Origin: Candidatus Bruticola sp. | GTDB lineage: Bacteria; Vulcanimicrobiota; Xenobia; Xenobiales; Xenobiaceae | Direction of reading: 5' to 3' | Length of the DNA stretch: 64,000 nt | NCBI GenBank assembly: GCA_051874735.1 | Contig: JBJEGD010000031.1 | Span: 159,759-223,758 of the forward strand | In this document: in pieces, positions 9,437 to 17,280 of the stretch | Layout of the letters: the number at the start of each line of letters is the position of its first letter | Position numbering within the stretch: position 1 is the stretch's first letter | The notes under the pieces: generated by a model | Databases searched by the model: none | The model's input: only the letters and a program-made list of their open reading frames with translations | What the model was told of the DNA's origin: nothing | Program-made: the position numbers and the translations under genes

Positions 9437-11251
9437 TTGACTTTTCGCCATAAACTAACTTTAGCGCTCCTAGACATTGTCTTAGTTTTTTTAGGCCTGA
9501 TTTTAGCTTTAGGATTGCGTCTGGATTTTGACTTAGCAGCTATGGAGCGCTTTATGCAGCTCAGCAATATTTCCCTGTACGTGGGAGTTTCTATGCTAGC
9601 TGTGGTTAGTTTTTCTTTTTTTGGTCTTTACGACAAAGTTTGGCGCTATGCCGGTGTGCATGAACTTCTGTCCACATTTTACGCCGTATTTTTAACGGCT
9701 TCAGTTTGGGAAGTATGTGTTTTATTGGCTGGAGGGACTGTATTTCCGCGTACCAGCACAGCTATAGCGGCTTTACTTTGGCTGTCTGCCTGCGGAGGAA
9801 CTCGTCTTATTTTGCGTTTAATGAGCGTCAAAAAAGGGCTTAATGGTACTGAGCAGCGTCGGGCTTTAGTTGTAGGGGTCGATGATGGCGGTGAGGTCAT
9901 TATCAGGGAATTGGAAAGAGAAAATTCCGGTTTTAGTTGTATAGGTTTAGTTGATAACGATCTTCATAAACGGAGGCTGCGCATTCACGGTGTCCCTGTT
10001 TTGGGCACTGTTGATAACTTAGCCGATTTGATAAAACAGTTTGATATAAGCTTTGTTATTATGTCAGGCCGGTCTCCGTCTTTAGTGAGAGCTGTAGTGC
10101 AAGCTTGTGCTAAGACTCCTCAAGTCCGTATGCGTGTAGTTCCTAGTGTAGCTGATTTGCTAGAGGGTAACGTTAAAGTCAACAGTTTGCGTGAAGTACA
10201 AATTGAAGATTTGCTCGATCGCGATCCCGTAGATGGCGATTTATCTGAAGTGAGCAGTTATATAAGAGGTCAGCGTGTTTTAGTAACTGGGGCCGGAGGT
10301 TCAATTGGATCAGAAATTTGTCGTCAAGTTGTCAAACTGGGAGCTGCTCAAGTAATTATGATGGGGCGGGGGGAAAACAGCATTCATGAAATTGGTATTG
10401 AGTTGCGCAATGCTCCTGTAGTGCAGTTTATAGGTAATTTGCGCGACAAAGCCAGAATGACTAAACTTTTTGAGCGTTTTAAACCTCAAGTGGTCTTCCA
10501 TACTGCTGCTCATAAGCATGTACCTTTAATGGAATTGAGTCCTGCTGAAGCCGTAGCTAACAATGTTTTTGGCACGTTAACTCTGCTCGAATTAGCTCAG
10601 CAGTATGGCGTGCAAAAGTTGATATCTATCTCTACTGATAAAGCCGTTAATCCTACTTCCGTTATGGGAGCTACTAAGCGTTTAGCGGAGCTAATTTTGG
10701 CTTCCAGACGAATCCCTGGGTTTGCGGCCGTGCGTTTTGGCAATGTTTTGGGTTCTAGGGGAAGCGTTATCCCCACTTTTAAAAAGCAAATAGCTAAAGG
10801 CGGTCCAGTTACGGTTACTGATGAAAACATGACTCGCTTTTTTATGACTATTCCCGAAGCTGTAGGGTTAGTGCTGCAGGCTGGAGCTTTGGCTCAGGGT
10901 GGGGAAATTTATGTTCTGGATATGGGTAAGCCGGTAAAAATTATCGATTTAGCCAGAAATTTAATTCGCCTTTCCGGTTTTGAACCTGATATAGATATAC
11001 CTATAAAAATAGTTGGTTTACGCCCCGGAGAGAAGCTTTACGAAGAACTTACTAACAGCGGCGAAGACACCGAACCTACCAAGTTGGCTAAAATAACTAA
11101 GGTAACTACTGAAGCCCCTCCTAAGGATTGGCCGGGTGAAAAGTTAGCAGAGCTTCGCCAGGTAGCCAATGAAGCTGACGACGAATCAGCGCTCCGTTTG
11201 CTTGTCGAGTTAGTGCCCCATTTTACCAGTGAACAACTTAATAAAATGTAA
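9437..11251 (+). CDS. Membrane-anchored UDP-GlcNAc 4,6-dehydratase (CapD/PglF/WbpM family)
   Basis: 4 N-terminal TM segments, TGAGGSIGSE, HTAAHKHVP, STDKAV, MGATK, RFGNVLGSRGSV, GLRPGEKLYEEL. GGAGG SD with TTG start. Confidence 0.95.
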   Translation: MTFRHKLTLALLDIVLVFLGLILALGLRLDFDLAAMERFMQLSNISLYVGVSMLAVVSFSFFGLYDKVWRYAGVHELLSTFYAVFLTASVWEVCVLLAGGTVFPRTSTAIAALLWLSACGGTRLILRLMSVKKGLNGTEQRRALVVGVDDGGEVIIRELERENSGFSCIGLVDNDLHKRRLRIHGVPVLGTVDNLADLIKQFDISFVIMSGRSPSLVRAVVQACAKTPQVRMRVVPSVADLLEGNVKVNSLREVQIEDLLDRDPVDGDLSEVSSYIRGQRVLVTGAGGSIGSEICRQVVKLGAAQVIMMGRGENSIHEIGIELRNAPVVQFIGNLRDKARMTKLFERFKPQVVFHTAAHKHVPLMELSPAEAVANNVFGTLTLLELAQQYGVQKLISISTDKAVNPTSVMGATKRLAELILASRRIPGFAAVRFGNVLGSRGSVIPTFKKQIAKGGPVTVTDENMTRFFMTIPEAVGLVLQAGALAQGGEIYVLDMGKPVKIIDLARNLIRLSGFEPDIDIPIKIVGLRPGEKLYEELTNSGEDTEPTKLAKITKVTTEAPPKDWPGEKLAELRQVANEADDESALRLLVELVPHFTSEQLNKM

Positions 11252-11381
11252 AAGTATATATAAAGTTTAATAGTTTTCAGCCGGTGGGCCTCCAACTGTT
11301 TTTATCCGGATAAATTGCAAGTTAGGAGGCCGCAATTGGCTGTTTATAAAAAAATGTTGTGTGTTCAGCTAGCTGATGAGG

Positions 11382-13643
11382 CTACTTTGGCTCAGCAGTT
11401 GTATTTTCGCCTTTTCCTTCATCTTCCCATACTAAAGGAATTTTCAGCGTAAAAACAGAGCCTACTTTATCTTTGGATATTAGTTCTAAGCGGGCTCTGA
11501 GCATGTGGGAATAGTGACGGACTAGGGCTAAACCTAATCCTGTACCTCCGTAACTACGAGAAATGGAATCATCAGCTTGAGTAAATTCTTCAAAAATTTT
11601 GGAGAATTTCTCTTCATTCATACCCATACCCGTATCTTGAACGCTAAAAATAACGACCAGACTATCATCTTTAAATGGGGCTTCGACAACCGTATAACCG
11701 GGGCTGTCTAAATAAGGAACTTGATAAAATTCGTTTTGGGCTTTTTGTCCGCTCCAGATTTCAATAGAGAGCTTAATGAGGCCGTTTTTAGTAAATTTGA
11801 CGGCATTGCCTAGTAAATTAATTAAAATTTGGCGCAGTTTGGCGTGATCGGTATTGAGAGTAAGGGATTGATTGGGACACTCTAGCTCAAACTTGTTATT
11901 GTTAACTTGGTAAAGAGAATTAGTTGAAGCCCTGATTTCAGTAATAATTTCACTCAAAGGGAATTTTTCAATAAATAGGCTAACTTTGCCAGATTCTAAA
12001 CGGGAAATATTCAGAATATCATTGATGTTAGAGAGTAAATTCAGCCCAGCTATATGGATATTTTGCAAATCTTTAACTGCTTGACTGTCGTGCCGTTCAG
12101 AAGCGTCATCGATAAGCATTTCACTGTAACCGATTATCGCGTTTAGGGGAGTGCGCAGCTCATGGCTCATGTTGGCTAAAAAGCTGCTTTTGATACGACT
12201 TGCTTCCATAGCTTGATCGCGAGCCGTTTTCAAATCTGTCATAGTTTTTTCGATGCGTCCGGCCATAGCATCGAAGGCTGCAGCTAAACGACCTATTTCG
12301 TCTCGTCGGTTAATATGGCACCTGGTAGTATGATCTCCCCCAGCAATTTCGCTGGCTGCCTGGCTGAGTTTGATAATGGGATTGACTAGACCGTTAGCTG
12401 TAAAGAAAGCCAACACCATAAACACAGCGCCTATAGATACTGTAATGAGAATTGAAATTAATAGAGAACGGCGCAGAGAGTGAAAAAGCTCTGATTCTGT
12501 AAATTCTGAAAGAACGAACCAATTTATCTGATTGCAAGCGCTCCAAGCTCCAATAACCCGATGGCCGAAAATGTCGTTGTACGTGTCTTTGACCGCATTT
12601 TCCATTAAATAGTCAGTAGGAAAATTAGGGTGAAGTTTGTTGTGGGTATCATGGTAAGTTAGATACTCAATTAAAGGTTGAGTAGGATTGCCTTCTAAAG
12701 TTTTTAAGTAAAAAGTTTGCGATTTAGCTTGGTTATAGTCTTCTGAAGTATCTGTGCTGGGAGAAAGAGCTTCCATGGCTTTGGAGCTTACATTGGAAGG
12801 CATAGAAATAATTTGTCCGTGATCATCAACTACATAAAAATTTCCGTGCGATGAAAGTGAGCGTATGTTAATCGGGTAGAGGCGGAAAGTGAGAATCGCC
12901 ATAGGCATACGCCGGTTGTTTGGATCAAGCCCCTCAGCGTAATAATTGTCGTTAGGTTCATCATAAACTAAAATTGAAAGGTAGCTAGCAGAACAGCGAT
13001 TGTCGTAAATTTTGTCATGATCGGAATGATGTGATGACTCAGTGTTGATTATAGAACGCTGAGAGAGAACTACCTCGCCCTGATTTAATTTGCTGAGTAC
13101 ATCTTGACTGTTTTTCATCATTTCTGCGGGCAGCCAGGGCAGACCGATATGTTTGCTGTTAGTGCTAAAATAAATGCTGCCGCCTGTATAAAAAGACTGC
13201 AGATGCTGACCCTCAGGTTTATTTTTTAGTTCAGAATACTGAATATTGTCATTGTTGTATCTTATATCGCTGCCTAAAGATGATAAATATATTTCGGAAA
13301 CTTGCGGCATCGATTTATTCATAATTTCAGCTTTTTCACTGAACTGTTTATAGAGCTTTTTTTCTTTTTCGGGGTTATTTTCGACTTTGTTGTATAAAAC
13401 GACAAAATCTCTGACTATTTTAGTCTCAGAAATTGCTCGTATAGCACCTTTTTGGCGAATTATCCAAGAGTCTATATCCTGACATATATGTTTAGAAGAG
13501 GATAGCAGATAAGCCGTTTGGGAATCATATATGCTGGTTACTTCCCGATTACAAAAATATGTGCCTGCCACTATTAAAGGCAAAAATATGGCAGCCAAAG
13601 TCATAAGCATCAGGCGCGTGCGCAGAGAAATGTCGTTTAACAT
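11382..13643 (-). CDS. Membrane sensor histidine kinase (extracytoplasmic Cache-like, HAMP, HisKA, HATPase)
   Basis: Two TM segments, DEIGRLAAAFD (HAMP), FLANMSHELRTPLNAI, NLLGNAVKFT, DTGMGM, GGTGLGL. Confidence 0.95.
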   Translation of the reverse strand: MLNDISLRTRLMLMTLAAIFLPLIVAGTYFCNREVTSIYDSQTAYLLSSSKHICQDIDSWIIRQKGAIRAISETKIVRDFVVLYNKVENNPEKEKKLYKQFSEKAEIMNKSMPQVSEIYLSSLGSDIRYNNDNIQYSELKNKPEGQHLQSFYTGGSIYFSTNSKHIGLPWLPAEMMKNSQDVLSKLNQGEVVLSQRSIINTESSHHSDHDKIYDNRCSASYLSILVYDEPNDNYYAEGLDPNNRRMPMAILTFRLYPINIRSLSSHGNFYVVDDHGQIISMPSNVSSKAMEALSPSTDTSEDYNQAKSQTFYLKTLEGNPTQPLIEYLTYHDTHNKLHPNFPTDYLMENAVKDTYNDIFGHRVIGAWSACNQINWFVLSEFTESELFHSLRRSLLISILITVSIGAVFMVLAFFTANGLVNPIIKLSQAASEIAGGDHTTRCHINRRDEIGRLAAAFDAMAGRIEKTMTDLKTARDQAMEASRIKSSFLANMSHELRTPLNAIIGYSEMLIDDASERHDSQAVKDLQNIHIAGLNLLSNINDILNISRLESGKVSLFIEKFPLSEIITEIRASTNSLYQVNNNKFELECPNQSLTLNTDHAKLRQILINLLGNAVKFTKNGLIKLSIEIWSGQKAQNEFYQVPYLDSPGYTVVEAPFKDDSLVVIFSVQDTGMGMNEEKFSKIFEEFTQADDSISRSYGGTGLGLALVRHYSHMLRARLELISKDKVGSVFTLKIPLVWEDEGKGENTTAEPK

Positions 13644-13747
13644 GTTATTCCTTACTTCCGACCATATCGGTAAATTCTAGCTTAAACAAAAAAACTTCGT
13701 CATATAGAAAATAGGTATATAAGTTTCATTATAGAAAATATTATATC

Positions 13748-14977
13748 ATGGCTAATGAAGTTATATTGGTTGTTGACGATGAAGAATTCAACCGCGATAT
13801 GTTGTCCCGCCGTTTGCGTCGTGAGGGATATGAAACTTTTACGGCTTCAGGCGGACGCGAAGCCATAAAACTGATCAAAACTTTAGGACGCATCGATATG
13901 GTGCTTCTCGACATAATGATGCCGGAGATGGACGGATTCCAAACCTTAGAGGAGCTTCGCGCTGTCTATTCTGATAGCCTACTTCCTGTCATTATGTTGA
14001 CCGCTATAGGCGACAGTGAAAGTGTGGTCAAGGCTTTAAACATGGGGGCGAGCGATTACGTTACTAAGCCCGTCAATATGGATGTGCTCAAAGCTCGAAT
14101 CCAGAGCCGTCTGGCTAAGCGTCAGTTCAGTCAAGAAGACGGTAGCCATATGCCAACTGTAGGGTCTAAGTTGGGAGCTTACTTGCTCGAACATGAAATA
14201 GGCAAAGGGGCTACTTCGGTAGTTTTTTTAGCTGAAGATACGCGTTTGATGCGCCAGGTAGCTATTAAAGTGCTGAAGCCAGAATTTTGCGAAGATGAGG
14301 AAGCTCTCGGACGCTTTGTAAGAGAAGCGAAAACGGTAGCCAGTATAGAACATCCTGGTGTGGTGGGCATATTTGAGATAGCTCATAAGCCTTGCCGTTA
14401 TTTGGTGATGGAGTATTTAAAAGGTACTAATATGGCTTCTTTTGTAGGGGTTAAGCCGCTTTCTGTATCTGAAGCCGTCGATTACGCTTGGCAGATAGCT
14501 GATATCCTTACCGCAGTCCATGAAAAAGGTATTATCCATCGCGATTTGAAACCGCAGAACTTAATAGTGGATGATGAGGGGCGGGTCCATTTAATGGATT
14601 TTGGTACAGCTAAGTTAACTAATAAAGAGAGCAATTTAACTAAGGCTGGTACTATTTTAGGTACACCGCGCTATATGGCTCCTGAGCAGATCGACGGACG
14701 AATGGGACAGGTGGGGGAAGCTACCGATCTGTTTCCTTTAGGTTTAATGCTCTATGAAATGATTTCTGGTAAGCGGGCTATAGAGGGAGATAGCTTCCAT
14801 TCTATATTCTATGAGTTGTTCTTCCGAGAGCCGGATAGCTTGATTAAAGTAAGGCCTGATATCCCGCTGCCTCTTGACTCTCTCTGCCGCCGCCTGCAAG
14901 CGGCTAAAGTGGCCGATCGTCCACAGACGGCAGCAGAGGTTCGTGCCGAATTGGCTCAGATAAAAACTATGCTCTAG
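13748..14977 (+). CDS. Receiver domain fused to Hanks-type Ser/Thr protein kinase
   Basis: REC: VVDDE, LLDIMMPEMDG, LTA, DYVTKP. Kinase: GKGATS, VAIK, HRDLKPQN, DFG, GTPRYMAPE. Confidence 0.93.
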   Translation: MANEVILVVDDEEFNRDMLSRRLRREGYETFTASGGREAIKLIKTLGRIDMVLLDIMMPEMDGFQTLEELRAVYSDSLLPVIMLTAIGDSESVVKALNMGASDYVTKPVNMDVLKARIQSRLAKRQFSQEDGSHMPTVGSKLGAYLLEHEIGKGATSVVFLAEDTRLMRQVAIKVLKPEFCEDEEALGRFVREAKTVASIEHPGVVGIFEIAHKPCRYLVMEYLKGTNMASFVGVKPLSVSEAVDYAWQIADILTAVHEKGIIHRDLKPQNLIVDDEGRVHLMDFGTAKLTNKESNLTKAGTILGTPRYMAPEQIDGRMGQVGEATDLFPLGLMLYEMISGKRAIEGDSFHSIFYELFFREPDSLIKVRPDIPLPLDSLCRRLQAAKVADRPQTAAEVRAELAQIKTML

Positions 14978-14996
14978 AAAATTAATTTAGCCTAAA

Positions 14997-16202
14997 TTAA
15001 TTTAGCTGATATTGGGGCAATAGTTTGGCGTAGTACTCCATGAGTTTGCGTGCCTGTGGCGCTTCTTGAAATTCTGAAATCGCCTTAGCATAGCCTCGCT
15101 CAGCTAACTGGGTTGCGTACTCTGGTTTACTATACAATTCAAATAGGGCCTGAGCGGTAGCTTCTGGATTTTTAGGAGGTACTAGTAGTCCATTCTTTTG
15201 ATGGTCAACTACGTCGATAACCCCACCTACAGCAGTGCAGACTACGGGGCGATGCATTATCATCGCCTCTAGGTTGGCTATGCCTAAACCTTCATAGTTT
15301 GAGTTTAAAGCGTAAATATCGAAGTTACCCAAATATTCTAACAAATTGTCTGCCCATCCCACCAGAATAACTTGCTTTTGTAGTTTAAGTTCATCAATAA
15401 GTTCTTCTAGCTGACGGCGGAGTCGGCCCTGTCCCACTATGACAAGGTAAACCTTGGAGGCCTCCTGTGGGGCTAACTTTTGCAAAAATATCGAAAAGGC
15501 TTTTATTAAAATGTCGTGTCCTTTGGCTTCTTCTAGACGGCCTACTGAGTCTATAATGAAAGAGTCGGACGGTATCTGTAATTTTCTGCGCAGCTCTGCA
15601 GGACTGCCGCAAGGTTGATAGCGATCCAGATCTAAGCAGCCTTCACGGACTATGGCTAATTTGTGGGCGGGGACAATACCTTCAGAGATAATTTGCTTTA
15701 AATTGGGAGTAGAAACTGTAAAGTGGAAACAGGCCAGTCTGGCTGCTATTTTTTCTAAAATTCGATATAAAAATTTGAGATAGAGGTTAGTGGCGGCATT
15801 TTCTGGCAGCTCATGAATCGTATGCAAACGCAGAGGAACCCCACAGAGGAAACCAGCTAGGCGTCCGATAAAGCCTGCTTTAGAAGTGTGAGTATGAATA
15901 ATATCCGGCTTATACTGTCTAATAAACTTAATTAATTTTATTAAAGAACAGATATCTTGTAGAGGAGATATACGCCTACTTATAGGAATATTGACGACTT
16001 TGATGCCTAAACTTTCCAGCGGTTGTCGGAATTTCTGTACTGTGCAAGCTAAGGTCACCTCGTAGCCGCAGGCCACCATAGCTTCGAACTTGCGGCGAAG
16101 AAAACACTGAGCTGTCAGGTCGATAGTTGTAACTACTAAAACTTTTTTACCGGTGCCGCTTTTTTCCAGACCGGTTATATCAATGGGAGTGGATCTGTTC
16201 AC
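14997..16202 (-). CDS. Glycosyltransferase family 4 (PglA/CapM-like)
   Basis: HTHTSKAG, VGRLEEAKG, YEGLGIANLEAM. Confidence 0.92.
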   Translation of the reverse strand: MNRSTPIDITGLEKSGTGKKVLVVTTIDLTAQCFLRRKFEAMVACGYEVTLACTVQKFRQPLESLGIKVVNIPISRRISPLQDICSLIKLIKFIRQYKPDIIHTHTSKAGFIGRLAGFLCGVPLRLHTIHELPENAATNLYLKFLYRILEKIAARLACFHFTVSTPNLKQIISEGIVPAHKLAIVREGCLDLDRYQPCGSPAELRRKLQIPSDSFIIDSVGRLEEAKGHDILIKAFSIFLQKLAPQEASKVYLVIVGQGRLRRQLEELIDELKLQKQVILVGWADNLLEYLGNFDIYALNSNYEGLGIANLEAMIMHRPVVCTAVGGVIDVVDHQKNGLLVPPKNPEATAQALFELYSKPEYATQLAERGYAKAISEFQEAPQARKLMEYYAKLLPQYQLN

Positions 16203-16230
16203 ACCGGCTCCTTTGTCTGAGATTTTGCTG

Positions 16231-16641
16231 TTATTGCCTGTGCCATTCCTCTATAGAAGCAGCTGAACGGTGACACGGATTGGGTTTTATTTCTGGATGA
16301 GGATCGGGATTGAGGCCGTACATCGCTCTTCCTTCATGGGCTTCAGGTAAATATTCAGTAATAGGCAGATCATTGGCAGCTACATAGAGAAGGCAATGGC
16401 AATATTTATAAATTTGCATTTCATCGCAGGGGCAGAGCCAGCGTCTATGTTTAATTTCCGATTTTTTATCAGCGTAAAAATTGCAAGGACAGAGGGGGCG
16501 GCCCAACTCCGCCATATTTTGGGCCAGCCCTTTGATAACGGCCTCTGTAACTCCTGGAACTGTACTAAATTGGGTGCCAGTTTTGCGTTTATAAATTTCA
16601 GTATAGCGCCGCAGGCGCTCCAAGATCTTTGAGTCGGTCAT
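16231..16641 (-). CDS. Ferredoxin:thioredoxin reductase catalytic subunit
   Basis: LCPC..WLCPC..YCHCLL motif set of the FTR beta chain. Confidence 0.88.
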   Translation of the reverse strand: MTDSKILERLRRYTEIYKRKTGTQFSTVPGVTEAVIKGLAQNMAELGRPLCPCNFYADKKSEIKHRRWLCPCDEMQIYKYCHCLLYVAANDLPITEYLPEAHEGRAMYGLNPDPHPEIKPNPCHRSAASIEEWHRQ

Positions 16642-16697
16642 AAACTCTCCTGGAAATTTTCTATGGGCTTCGCTCCTAAAATTTTGTTGGCAGACAA

Positions 16698-17087
16698 CTA
16701 CTCCATTATATTGTCTGGCATAATTAGGATATCCTTAGCCGTTATTGAGCCGTTCCAGTCACGTCCGCCTTCAACTTTTATAATATCACCTTTTTCGATA
16801 ACGCTAAATATTTCACTTACAGGTATACTTTCATCGCGCAGCCAGCCGTTTTGGGAAAAACGTTTAGTAACTTTTGTTTTCAAGCGGAGATATACCCAGT
16901 TTTGAGTAACGGTCGGATTGGCGTCTAGCTGGGCTATGCCTATACGTTCTTTTCCTTGATCTAGTTCAGTAATACGGTAAGTGCCCGAAGCTAAAATGAG
17001 TTGGGCTTGCGCTTTAGGTGATGCCGCTAGCAGAGCTGCTAACAAAATGGCAAAAAGTGTTAAGTACAATTTAAAGGAGCGTTTCAT
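16698..17087 (-). CDS. Secreted hypothetical protein
   Basis: MKRSFK plus a hydrophobic stretch ending AQA; beta-rich body; SD-like GAGG upstream of ATG 17087. Confidence 0.7.
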   Translation of the reverse strand: MKRSFKLYLTLFAILLAALLAASPKAQAQLILASGTYRITELDQGKERIGIAQLDANPTVTQNWVYLRLKTKVTKRFSQNGWLRDESIPVSEIFSVIEKGDIIKVEGGRDWNGSITAKDILIMPDNIME

Positions 17088-17280
17088 AATACTTTCCTCT
17101 TTAGTTATGCTGAATTTGCGGATAAAACTATCGGCGAGCATTCGGCGCGCCTTTATTTTATTCCCTGAAACTTTTAAGATTTTTTTTTTAGTTTAGTTTT
17201 TTATTGGGGAAAGATGAAGCTGTATAGAGAATGGTAAACGCGAGTAGCGAGTATATAGCTTTGGACTAAAGGATACTTCA

